Assembly (NCBI GenBank): GCA_963705305.1
Contig: OY970067.1
Span: 192,001 to 256,000, forward strand
Length of the DNA stretch: 64,000 bases
Source: an uncultured Methylomirabilota bacterium
GTDB lineage: Bacteria; Methylomirabilota; Methylomirabilia; Methylomirabilales; 2-02-FULL-66-22
Reading direction: 5' to 3'
Part shown: positions 1 through 9,105 of the stretch, in pieces
How positions within the stretch are numbered: the stretch's first letter is position 1
Layout: the number at the start of each line of letters is the position of its first letter
Notes under the pieces: generated by a model
What the model saw: only the letters and a program-made list of their open reading frames with translations
Told to the model about the DNA's origin: nothing
Databases searched by the model: none
Translations under genes and position numbers: made by a program

Positions 1-70
1 AGGGGCAGAGCAGGGCTCGGCGCAAGCGTCGTCCGCGCCGGTCCCCCGGTTCCTCGGGGCCGATCGGCAG

Positions 71-110
71 TTGACAGTGGGGCTAAGGCATGGTAAGCAA
101 ATACTCACTA
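71..110 (+). promoter_or_regulatory. sigma70-type promoter of tetR with overlapping imperfect palindrome (possible autoregulatory operator)
   Basis: TTGACA (71-76), 17 bp, TAAGCA (94-99) preceded by TGG; imperfect palindrome tggtaagcaaatactcacta (91-110). Confidence 0.5.
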
Positions 111-168
111 TGTGGGAGGATTTCCCCGGCGGGCGCTCTCGTCAGGCCCTTTCACGGGAGATACCAGC

Positions 169-774
169 ATGAAGCCACGTTTGTCTGGCGCGGAGCGACG
201 CCGACAGATCATCCAGGCGGCGGCTGCCTTGTTCTCGAAAAAGGGATTCGGCGGGACGACCACCCGGGAGGTCGCACGCGCTGCGGGGGTCAGCGAGGCG
301 ACGGTCTTCAAGCACTTCGCCACCAAGGAAGAACTATACGCGGCTATCATCGAGGCCAAGTCCCAGACCCGGCAGATCCTGGATCCCGCCATGTCGGCCT
401 CCGGCCAGCGGGACGATGCGCACCTGCTGCGGACCCTGGCCCGCGCGATGATCGACCGGACCAAGGCGGACCCGACCCTGATGCGACTGCTCACCTTCAG
501 CGCGTTGGAGGGCCACTCGCTGTCGGAGATGTTTTTCCGCTCCCGCTTCCAACAGCTCAACACCTTCTTCAGCAGCTACATCGCCGAGCGGGTGGCCGCC
601 GGGGCCTTTCGCCCGGTGGATCCCACGCTGGCAACCTGGAACTTCATGGGAATGGTGGCCTACCACGTCCAGCTGCGGGAGCTCTTCGGCCAGAAACTTC
701 CTTCCCACCTGACCACGGAGCAGGCCGTCGAGGAGATAGTCGCGCTCTTCCTGGGCGGCGTCCGCCGCCCGTGA
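169..774 (+). CDS. TetR/AcrR family transcriptional regulator
   Basis: N-terminal HTH RRQIIQAAAALFSKKGFGGTTTREVARAAGVSEATVFKHFATKEEL; ATG 169 preceded by GGGAGA. Confidence 0.92.
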   Translation: MKPRLSGAERRRQIIQAAAALFSKKGFGGTTTREVARAAGVSEATVFKHFATKEELYAAIIEAKSQTRQILDPAMSASGQRDDAHLLRTLARAMIDRTKADPTLMRLLTFSALEGHSLSEMFFRSRFQQLNTFFSSYIAERVAAGAFRPVDPTLATWNFMGMVAYHVQLRELFGQKLPSHLTTEQAVEEIVALFLGGVRRP

Positions 775-835
775 CGCCGGCGGGCGCCCTCGCTGGGTAG
801 GTCCGGACTCACTGGCCCGCCGGCCGGATCCGCGG

Positions 836-1558
836 TCAGTTCCTCCGCGCCCCGATCCCAAGATAGGTCTGCCGCACCAGGTCGTTCCGGAGCAGCCCGC
901 TCGCCGTATCGCAGAGCACGGTCTGTCCCATCCGCACGACGTAGCCCCGGTCCGCGATGGTAAGCGCCATGCGGGCATTCTGCTCGACCAGCAGGATGGT
1001 AGTGCCGGACTTGGCAATACTCTTGATCGCATCGAACGTCCGCTCCACCATCACGGGGGCCAGGCCCATCGAGGGCTCATCCAGCAGCAGCAGCTTGGGT
1101 CGGGACATCATGGCTCGCCCCAACGCCAGCATCTGCTGTTCGCCGCCCGAAAGCGTTCCTGCCAGTTGCGTCCGCCGGTCGCGCAGGATCGGGAAATAGC
1201 CGAAGATCTGGTCCACCGTCTCCGCCAGCCAGCGCTTGTCGCGGCGGCGGATGAAGCCCCCGATCTCCAAGTTCTCGTGCACTGTCATGGCACTGAAGAC
1301 CTTGCGACCCTCCGGGACGCAGGAGATTCCCAATCGCACGATGTCCGACATCCGGAGGCGGGTGATCGCCTGCCCCAGGAACTCCACCTCGCCCTGCGTC
1401 ACCGGCAAGGCGCCGGTGACGACTCGGAGGGTCGTGGTCTTGCCGGCGCCGTTGGCGCCGATCATGCACACGATTTCCCCTTCACGGACCTCCAGCGAAA
1501 GCCCGAACAGGGCGCGGACACTTCCGTAGGCGGCCTCCACGTCCCGAAGGCTCAGCAT
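836..1558 (-). CDS. livF: branched-chain amino acid ABC transporter ATP-binding protein (LivF-like)
   Basis: Walker A GANGAGKTT, LSGGEQQM signature, LLLDEPS. Confidence 0.9.
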   Translation of the reverse strand: MLSLRDVEAAYGSVRALFGLSLEVREGEIVCMIGANGAGKTTTLRVVTGALPVTQGEVEFLGQAITRLRMSDIVRLGISCVPEGRKVFSAMTVHENLEIGGFIRRRDKRWLAETVDQIFGYFPILRDRRTQLAGTLSGGEQQMLALGRAMMSRPKLLLLDEPSMGLAPVMVERTFDAIKSIAKSGTTILLVEQNARMALTIADRGYVVRMGQTVLCDTASGLLRNDLVRQTYLGIGARRN

Positions 1559-1564
1559 CTCAAT

Positions 1565-2341
1565 CTACCCTACTTTCTCGTGTTGGGCTCCGAGATAGGC
1601 CGTGATGACCTCCGCGTTTTCCTGGACCTCCTTAGCGGAGCCCTCTGCGATCTTCTTCCCGTAGCTGAGGACGATGATGTGCTCCGCGACGTTCATCACC
1701 AGCCGCATGCGATGTTCGACCAGGAGGAGTGTCACGCCTCGCTTCTGGATGGTGTGCACTAGGTCGATCACCCGGTCGATCTCCTCCTCCGACATGCCGG
1801 CGGCGGGCTCGTCCAGAAAGAGCAGCTTCGGCCGAGTGGCCAGCGCCCGCGCAATCTCGAGCAGCCGCCTGGGGCCGTAGGGCAAGCTCTTGGCGAGCAT
1901 GTGAGCTTTGTCCTGCAGCCCCACCAGCTCCAGCAACTCCCAGGAGCGCTCCAGCGCCTCTCTGTTCTCGCGCTGGCCGGCCCGGGTTCGTAGGATCGTC
2001 CGGAGAAATTCCACCCGGCTGTGGAGGAACTGCCCCATCAGCACATGGTCGAGCACGGTCAGCGTTTCGAAGAGGCGGAGATTCTGAAAGGTCCGGGCCA
2101 GTCCCGCCTGCACGATCCGCTCTCGCGATAGCCCATCAATGCGCTGTCCGCCGAAAAGGACGGTGCCCGCCGTCAATCGATAACATCCCGTGATCAGGTT
2201 GATGCAGGTGGTTTTGCCGGATCCGTTGGGCCCGATAATGGCCTGAAGCCCTCCCTGCGGGATGCCGAAAGACAGCTCGTCCACCGCCTTGACGCCGCCG
2301 AAATGCTTGCTGATCTGGCTGACCTCGAGGAGGTTAGCCAC
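1565..2341 (-). CDS. livG: branched-chain amino acid ABC transporter ATP-binding protein (LivG-like)
   Basis: GPNGSGKTT, LARTFQN, LPYG, LDEPAAG; GTG start 2341 after GGAGAGG. Confidence 0.9.
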   Translation of the reverse strand: MANLLEVSQISKHFGGVKAVDELSFGIPQGGLQAIIGPNGSGKTTCINLITGCYRLTAGTVLFGGQRIDGLSRERIVQAGLARTFQNLRLFETLTVLDHVLMGQFLHSRVEFLRTILRTRAGQRENREALERSWELLELVGLQDKAHMLAKSLPYGPRRLLEIARALATRPKLLFLDEPAAGMSEEEIDRVIDLVHTIQKRGVTLLLVEHRMRLVMNVAEHIIVLSYGKKIAEGSAKEVQENAEVITAYLGAQHEKVG

Positions 2342-3329
2342 GGGCGTCCTCTCCGGCGGGAGATGGTTTCTTCGACGAGCCCCAGAGGTGGCGGCAGAGT
2401 TGGACTGCATTCTCGATGAAGACGACCAGCCCGCCGGGCTCGAACAGCATGACCAGGATGATGAAAAGGGCGAAGACTGTCAGGTACTTCTCCTTCAGGG
2501 GGCGCAGGACCTCGATGGCCCCCGTCAAGAGGATTGCGCCCAGCACGGAACCCGGGACCGACGAGAGGCCGCCGACCACCAGCATGCAGAGGAAGATCGA
2601 GTTGTAGTTGAAGGTGAAAATCTCGGGGCTGATGAACACATTGAACGCGGCAAAGAGCGCCCCCGCAATCCCGGTGTAGAGCCCGCACAGAACGAAGGCC
2701 AGCACCTTCAGATACGTGGAGGAGACGCCCACCATCTCCACCGCCAGCTCATCGTCGCGAACCGCCTTGAACGCCCGCCCAAACCGGGAGTCCTCCACCA
2801 GGATGGTCAGCCAAGCCAGGGCAAAGGCGAACGCCCAGCACAGATAGAACATGTGGAGGTTCTGGGTGAGCACGAAGCTTCCCAGCGCCGGCCGTGGGAT
2901 GCTGGGGATCCCCCAGACGCCGCCGGTGAAGGACATCCAGTTCTTCAGGACATCCCCCACCACGATGATGAATCCCATGGACATGAGCGCGAGATACGCG
3001 CCCCGCACCCGGAGGGTCGGGATTCCCATCAGGAGCGACAGCAGGGCCGTAACGAGGACGGCGAACGGCAGCGAGCTCCAGAATCCCCAGCCAAGCTTCA
3101 TGAAGAGCATCCCGTATGTGTAGCTCGCCACCGCGAAGAAAGCGATCGTCCCCAGAAAGACCTGGCCCGCGAAGCCGAGGATATAGTTCAGCGCCAACAC
3201 CAGGATGATGTTGATGGCCACCGTATTCAGCACGAAGATGACGTAGGGGGCGGAGGTGGCGAGCGGCACAAGCCCCAGGAGGAGGAAAAGTGCGAGGGTC
3301 GTTCCGTTCCGGACGCCGGTCCTGATCAC
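2334..3329 (-). CDS. livM: branched-chain amino acid ABC transporter permease (LivM-like)
   Basis: hydrophobic; LRVRGAYLAL, TGGVWGI, SRFGRAFKAVRDDE; GTG start after GGGAGG. Confidence 0.88.
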   Translation of the reverse strand: MIRTGVRNGTTLALFLLLGLVPLATSAPYVIFVLNTVAINIILVLALNYILGFAGQVFLGTIAFFAVASYTYGMLFMKLGWGFWSSLPFAVLVTALLSLLMGIPTLRVRGAYLALMSMGFIIVVGDVLKNWMSFTGGVWGIPSIPRPALGSFVLTQNLHMFYLCWAFAFALAWLTILVEDSRFGRAFKAVRDDELAVEMVGVSSTYLKVLAFVLCGLYTGIAGALFAAFNVFISPEIFTFNYNSIFLCMLVVGGLSSVPGSVLGAILLTGAIEVLRPLKEKYLTVFALFIILVMLFEPGGLVVFIENAVQLCRHLWGSSKKPSPAGEDARG

Positions 3330-3340
3330 GCCCAACCTCC

Positions 3341-4219
3341 CTAGAGGCCACTCTCTTCCGCGCGCGTCCCGAAGAGTCCCTCCGGCCGGAGCAGGAGAAA
3401 CGCGATGATGACGACGAAGGCGATGGTGTCCTTGTAGAGGGAAGAGATGTAGGCGGCCCCCAGAGTCTCGACAAGTCCCAACAGGACGCCGCCGGCCATC
3501 GCCCCTCCGATGCTCGAGAAGGAGCCGATGATGCACGCCCCAAATCCCTTGAACCCGATGTTCTGCAGGAAGGGGTCGATGGAATAGAAGGGGGCAATGA
3601 GCGTCCCCGCCAGCCCTCCCAGGACCGAACTATAGGCGAAGATCAGCGAGATGGTCAGGTCCGTCTCGATCCCCATCAACGCCGCCGTGTCCCTGTCCAG
3701 CGCAACAGCGCGCATGACCTTGCCCACCATGGTGCGCTTGAACATCCAATTTTGCAGGAGGAGTAGCAAGCCCGTGGCCACGATGATGAAGACGGACTGA
3801 TGGAAGATGGCGATCGACCCGATGTGGAAGGTTGCCTGGCCGAAGAGGCCGGTCGTCCCCTGTGGGTAGGCGCCCCAGACGATCAGGGCGAGATTCCCGA
3901 GGAGCATCCCCAGCGCCACCAGGCTCACCAGGACTGTCCGAATATGTGCCCGCTTGAACGGGCGGAAGAAGAAGCGCTCGCACACCATCCCGAAGAGGCC
4001 CATGCTGAGGATCAGCACCGGCAGCGACACCGCGAAGGAGGCGTGAAGGTGGTTGGTGAGCGTGACGCCATAGATGAACGCCCCGATCATGACGAAGCTG
4101 CCCTGGGCGATATTGATCACGCCAACGGCGTTGTACAGGAAGCTATACCCCAGGGCGATCAGCCCGTAGACACAGCCCAGCGCCAGCCCCGACACGAGTT
4201 GCTGCAAAAAGATTCCCAT
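3341..4219 (-). CDS. livH: branched-chain amino acid ABC transporter permease (LivH-like)
   Basis: GLALGCVYGLIALG...INIAQG, GKVMRAVA, RPEGLFG. Confidence 0.9.
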   Translation of the reverse strand: MGIFLQQLVSGLALGCVYGLIALGYSFLYNAVGVINIAQGSFVMIGAFIYGVTLTNHLHASFAVSLPVLILSMGLFGMVCERFFFRPFKRAHIRTVLVSLVALGMLLGNLALIVWGAYPQGTTGLFGQATFHIGSIAIFHQSVFIIVATGLLLLLQNWMFKRTMVGKVMRAVALDRDTAALMGIETDLTISLIFAYSSVLGGLAGTLIAPFYSIDPFLQNIGFKGFGACIIGSFSSIGGAMAGGVLLGLVETLGAAYISSLYKDTIAFVVIIAFLLLRPEGLFGTRAEESGL

Positions 4220-4300
4220 GGTCCCTTCCGCGGGCGAGAAGAGGGGGGGCGCCCGCCAACCGCCCCCCCCCGACGCCGCATTGCCGGCACAGGATCCTGA

Positions 4301-5446
4301 CTACTCTCCCGACACCTTCATGATGACCTTTTGCTTCAATTTCACGTAGGTGATCAGGATCAATTCGTGGATGGTCTCGCCGTTCGGCGACACGTTGTAC
4401 GTCAGGCCGGTCCCCCCCGTATACCCCTTGATCGCCCTGAACGCATCCCGCATCTTGAGGTGATTGGCGGGTCCGCCGGCCTCCTTGGTGGCCTGGGCCA
4501 GCATCTCGATGGCATCGTAGGAGAGCCCTGAGAAGAAATCGAGGGGGGGCGTGCCGAATTTGGCCTTGAAGGCCGCGATGAACTTCTGCACCTTCGGATC
4601 CGGGTTCGTCTCGGTGTATGGGACGACGGCGAACGTGCCGTTCGCGGCGTCCCCGGCGACATCCATGAAGGGCTTGGTTGCCCCTACCGACGACATGAAG
4701 ATCTTCACCTCAGGAATGAGCTGGCGGGCCTGCTTCACCATGATGCCGAGATCGGGCACCCCGGAGATCAGGACCACGCCGTCGGCTCCCGCCTTCTTCA
4801 CATTGAGTAGCTGCGAGGTGAAGTCCTTATCGCCTGCATTATGGGCCTCCGACGCCACCAGCTTCAGGCCCTTGGGAGCCAAGGCCGCGATGAGGTTGTC
4901 ACGGCCGCCCATGCCGTATTGGTCCGACTGGTAGATCACCCCGATCTTCTTCAGGCCCGCCTTGTCCACCATGTAATTGGCCAGGACCTTCCCGGTCAGC
5001 AGATCGTTCTCGCGGACGCGGACGATCCAGGGATTCTTCAGCTCCGTCACTTTCTGGGCGCTGCCCATGGCGATGTCGAGGATCTGGTTCTGCATCATGA
5101 GATCGGCCGTGGCGAGGACGACGGTGCTGGCATGACACCCCAGGATGGCATCCACGCGATCGTTGAAGACCAGGCGCTGCGCCAGCGTCCGTCCGATGGA
5201 GGGAGACAGCTCATCGTCATACCAGACCATCTGCAGCTTGTAGCCGTCGACACCCCCCGCCGCGTTGATCTCATCGACGGCCACGCTCGCTCCTGCCTGC
5301 ATCGATTGGCCGAATCCCTGCTGCAGCGCCGCGAGGCCGCCGATCTTGAAGATCTTCTCGGCCGCGGAGGCGGAGGAAACCGCTAGGACAAACAGGAGAC
5401 AACAGAAGAGGGTCGACCAAAAACACACCTTGGTCCGCGTAGCCAT
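4301..5446 (-). CDS. ABC transporter substrate-binding protein (LivJ/K-like)
   Basis: signal peptide after GGAGG SD (start 5446 rather than the 6028 ORF start); AVDEINAAGGVDG, DFTSQL, YDA motifs. Confidence 0.88.
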   Translation of the reverse strand: MATRTKVCFWSTLFCCLLFVLAVSSASAAEKIFKIGGLAALQQGFGQSMQAGASVAVDEINAAGGVDGYKLQMVWYDDELSPSIGRTLAQRLVFNDRVDAILGCHASTVVLATADLMMQNQILDIAMGSAQKVTELKNPWIVRVRENDLLTGKVLANYMVDKAGLKKIGVIYQSDQYGMGGRDNLIAALAPKGLKLVASEAHNAGDKDFTSQLLNVKKAGADGVVLISGVPDLGIMVKQARQLIPEVKIFMSSVGATKPFMDVAGDAANGTFAVVPYTETNPDPKVQKFIAAFKAKFGTPPLDFFSGLSYDAIEMLAQATKEAGGPANHLKMRDAFRAIKGYTGGTGLTYNVSPNGETIHELILITYVKLKQKVIMKVSGE

Positions 5447-6390
5447 AATGCCTTCCTCCATGTGTTGCGTTGATCCCTTCGGCCTACCCCCCTCCCCGAC
5501 TCTGTTTTTCTCCTTCCTCACTCTCACTTCAATGTCGTCTGCCCATTTGGTGCGGGGATCAGAACCGGGAGGAGTCCTCCTTTCCGCCTGCCCTGCAGGC
5601 TGCCCGCCGCCGGGCCCGGATCTCCGCGGGAACGCGCAGGCCAGCCGGGCCGTCGGGGAGAGACCGGCCGCCCCCAAGCAAAACGCGCCGGCCTTGATGT
5701 TGCGGAGTATTTCGTGAGGATGGCCGGCCGTGACCCACAACTCCCCGACCCTCACCCCTCCTCCAAGGGGGAGGATCCGCGTGGGGCTTGCGAGGTCGCC
5801 TCCGTCGAGGCGGCCGGCAACCAGTAAATGATGGCGGCGATGCCTTTCCGGAGAGGAAGTCCCCCAACCGGTGAGACGGAGTGGCCCCTTGTTGGATTGC
5901 CCCAACGCAACCATAGGCCCTCTGAGCCACTCGACACTCGCTGGGGACTTGCGATCCCGTGGAGCGGCCGTGGAGGACGTGCCAGGGGCCGGGTCGGGGT
6001 CTTCCAGCTTCAGCACCGCGTGCCCCATCCCAGAGCGCAGATGATCTTTTCTTGCTCCCCGACGGCCATTTGCCCTGGCGCCATCTCAACCCCATTCGGC
6101 TTGATGGCGACCGGTGATGCGAATACACCCAATGACGAAAGAAAGTCAAGGACATGTTCGGCGCATGTGCACATATCTGTTCATTCTCACCCCCCTGGAG
6201 GGGACGCATCCGGGCGGAGCGGGGAAACTTCCCTGGGAAGGTTCGGGCGGCGCGCAGGGAGAGGTTCCTCGATGGTGCGGAACGGGAAGACCGACTGATC
6301 CAGCGAGGGGAGATCGATATTGTTACGATGTTCTGGACGCCCGCGCCTCAGGGAACACGCGAATGCAGCGCTCCCTTGCCGCCGGCGGGC

Positions 6391-7383
6391 TCAGCGCGCC
6401 GCGTCGCCCATCCGGTAGTCGTGGGTGAGCGCGTCGAGCTGCGCCTTGAGTGCCGGAGCGAGCTGGACGTCAACCGCGGCGACGCTCGCCTTCAACTGCT
6501 CGGGCCGGCTGGCGCCGATGAGGGGCGCGGTGATCGCCGGGTGGGCCAGCACCCAGGCCACGGCCAGCGTGGCGGGCTCCAGTCCCTGCTCCCCTGCGAG
6601 CTTGACCACCGCCTCCACGGTGTCGAATTCCCGCTCCTTCCAGTAGCGCTGGACGTAGGTTGTGGCGGCGGTGCCCAGCGTGAACCGCGAGCCGGCCGGC
6701 GGCGGCGCGGTGCGCTGGTGCTTGCCGGTGAGGAGCCCGCCGGCAAGGGGGTTGTACGGGATCACCGCGAGCCCCTCCTCCTCGCACAGCGGCAGCAGTT
6801 CGCGCTCGATCTGGCGGAACAGCAGGTTGTAGCGCGGCTGGACGGACACCAGGCGGGTGATCCCCAGCGCCTCGCCCCTGCCCAGCGCCCGCGCGACCCG
6901 GTAGGCCGGGAAATTGGACACGCCGATGTAGCGCGCCTTGCCGCTCTGCACCACGGCGTCGAGGGCTTCCAGCGTCTCGTCGAGCGGCGTCTTGGCATCG
7001 AAGTGGTGTACCTGGTAGAGGTCCACGTAGTCGGTGCCGAGCCGCCTGAGGGAGGCGTCGATTGCCGCCAGCACGTGCTTGCGCGACGTCCCCTGGTCCC
7101 AGGGCGCGGGGCCCATTTGCCCGCTGCATTTCGTCGCCAGGACGAACCGCTCGCGCCTCCCGCGCAGCCACCGGCCCACGATCTCCTCCGTGCGGCCCTT
7201 GGTCTCCAGGGCGCCGCCGAGCGGGTACACGTCCGCCGTGTCAAGGAAGGTGATCCCCCGGTCGGCCGCGGCGTCCAGGATGGCGTGCGAGGTCGACTCG
7301 TCGCACTGCAGTCCGAACGTCATGGTGCCGAGACAGAGGCGGGAAACGTGCAAGCCCGTGCGGCCGAACCGAACGTGTTGCAT
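6391..7383 (-). CDS. aldo/keto reductase
   Basis: GLHVSRLCLGTMTFG, DTADVY, LRRLGTDYVDLYQVH, IGVSN, YNPLAGG. Confidence 0.93.
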   Translation of the reverse strand: MQHVRFGRTGLHVSRLCLGTMTFGLQCDESTSHAILDAAADRGITFLDTADVYPLGGALETKGRTEEIVGRWLRGRRERFVLATKCSGQMGPAPWDQGTSRKHVLAAIDASLRRLGTDYVDLYQVHHFDAKTPLDETLEALDAVVQSGKARYIGVSNFPAYRVARALGRGEALGITRLVSVQPRYNLLFRQIERELLPLCEEEGLAVIPYNPLAGGLLTGKHQRTAPPPAGSRFTLGTAATTYVQRYWKEREFDTVEAVVKLAGEQGLEPATLAVAWVLAHPAITAPLIGASRPEQLKASVAAVDVQLAPALKAQLDALTHDYRMGDAAR

Positions 7384-7707
7384 CAGCGTGTGCCTCCCTG
7401 GTCTGTTGTTCTCGCCGGTCCTGGTCGACCGACAGCCGATCCGTCCCATCTCTCCTCCCCCGGCTGCGCAGAGCCGCCGGGAAAGGGGCCGGACGAACCG
7501 CCTGGCCCTATACGGCGCGGAGATTGTATCCGAACCCCAGTGCCGGTGGAAGGGCTTTTCCGCCGAAAGGCCCCGTAGTCTTCACCGCGGTGGTGCCGGG
7601 AGTGTCCGGATGCGACGCCCCGTCCACTGATCGTTGCGTTACCCGCGAAGGTGCTCCGGCTTGTCTGGGGCGTGTGGTGGGGCGGAACCTCGTACACCCG
7701 CTGCGGA

Positions 7708-7763
7708 CGGGCGCCCTCCCGGGCGAGCCGCACTGGGCGGCGGCTCGCCCGGGAGGGCGCCCG
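7708..7763. repeat. perfect 24-bp inverted repeat (8-nt loop)
   Basis: cgggcgccctcccgggcgagccgc / gcggctcgcccgggagggcgcccg. Confidence 0.9.
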
Positions 7764-7931
7764 GGGAGGCAGGCAGTCCATCAGGCAGGATGCGTTCGCC
7801 TACACAGGAGGGGTCCGGCTTGACACCGTAGAGGGGACCGGGTTCCGGTTTCTGTCCGTGAACCTATGCCGTCGTGGCCACGGCCGCCGAACCGCGCCGG
7901 AAACGGCGGCCCCTCCGTCGCAAAGAACTCT

Positions 7932-8354
7932 TCAGGCGGCGGCTTTGGTTTCCCAAGGCCGCGCGACTGGAGGCTGAACCGCGTCGGTCTCCTGCGCCTT
8001 GCGCACAGACTCTTCCGGCAGAGTGAGGACGATTTCGTAGCGACCCAACTTCATCCGGTTCGCTGCGGAGAAGACCTCGTGCGCTGCCACGAGGGCCTTG
8101 TTCACCGCGCCGGGCCGGACTGCGAGCAGGATCCGGCGGGGACCCCACAGGGGGGCGGTCAGGATGGGCGAAGCGATCGCCCCGAACCGCTCGTAAATCG
8201 CATCGGTCAGCGCGATCTGATGCCGGATCGTCGCTTCATTCCGCTTCCGCCACCAATCGACCAGAACCGTCGGGCCGGCGATTACCAGGCCCAGAATCAG
8301 CAGGAATTGCACAACCTCGATCGCATGAGTGTTCCACCCGAGAGCCGTTTCCAT
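7932..8354 (-). CDS. hypothetical protein with N-terminal membrane anchor
   Basis: ATG after GGAGA; one hydrophobic segment; no family recognised. Confidence 0.55.
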   Translation of the reverse strand: METALGWNTHAIEVVQFLLILGLVIAGPTVLVDWWRKRNEATIRHQIALTDAIYERFGAIASPILTAPLWGPRRILLAVRPGAVNKALVAAHEVFSAANRMKLGRYEIVLTLPEESVRKAQETDAVQPPVARPWETKAAA

Positions 8355-8584
8355 ATCGTCTTCTCCATCTTGTCTATCTTGGCGAGAAACCCCGGGAGCG
8401 TTCCTGATCTCCGGGGGTCTTGCGCTCTGTCTTCTCTAGCTCCACCATCCAGTGGGCGCTTCTTCGGGCCTGCCCGCAGGCCCACCGATCATCCCTTCGG
8501 CCCGCGCCCAATTGACTCTCTTCGCCTGCGCGCCCCCCGCTGGGTCGCGCCTGGGCCGCAGTGCTCGCTCGGCTCCCCGAGGCC

Positions 8585-8695
8585 CTAGTGCAGCAGCGCT
8601 TCCCAGGCCATGCCGAGGCGAAGCCCCACGGCGACAATGAACATCAAGGACAGGGTGATCAGCTCAGCCAGTTTCGACTCCCCGTTGTGCCGCAT
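8585..8695 (-). CDS. small (36 aa) membrane protein
   Basis: strong SD AGAGGAGG before ATG; MRHNGESKLAELITLSLMFIVAVGLRLGMAWEALLH. Confidence 0.5.
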   Translation of the reverse strand: MRHNGESKLAELITLSLMFIVAVGLRLGMAWEALLH

Positions 8696-8966
8696 GAGAG
8701 ATCCTCCTCTCTTACTTTCTGCCGGAGGCACCGCGCGACCCGTTCGCTCGGGTCCGGCCCCTCCGCTTTCGTCGTGTCTTGCCGGTCGTGCCGCCCGGTC
8801 CGCGAATCGATCAGGCCCGACCTCTGCCGGATCTGCGTACCCGGACCGGACCCCAACCACGCCCCCAGGATGCCGGCAAGCTGTGGTTTGTGGCCCCCCT
8901 GGGGGGAGGGGGCCGGCCGCTTTGTCCCCCATGCTCTTTATGGGGGTGGCTTTCGGCTGTGAAGAT

Positions 8967-8983
8967 TGCAGCACCGATGCCAA
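8967..8983 (-). promoter_or_regulatory. sigma54 (-24/-12) promoter
   Basis: minus strand TTGGCATCGGTGCTGCA = GG-N10-GC; AT-rich tract upstream (9000-9040); directly downstream of a sigma54 activator gene. Confidence 0.6.
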
Positions 8984-9105
8984 CTGCCACCGCATCGCTA
9001 ACTTGTTGGAAATATTTAACTGGATATAAAATGGATAGACTGCGAGTGAATTAGGTGTGTATGGATGCGCGGCTGGCTGCGCAATGGTGGACGGAGCGTG
9101 CAGAA

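Noticed and set aside
5447..6028. 194-aa N-terminal extension of the SBP ORF
   Set aside because: A good SD and signal peptide begin at 5446; the upstream translation is low-complexity GC-rich readthrough.
7816..7846. ttgacaccgtagagggg...ggttc resembles a tRNA-Val(GAC) anticodon/T arm
   Set aside because: No acceptor stem, D arm or intact T-loop can be built.
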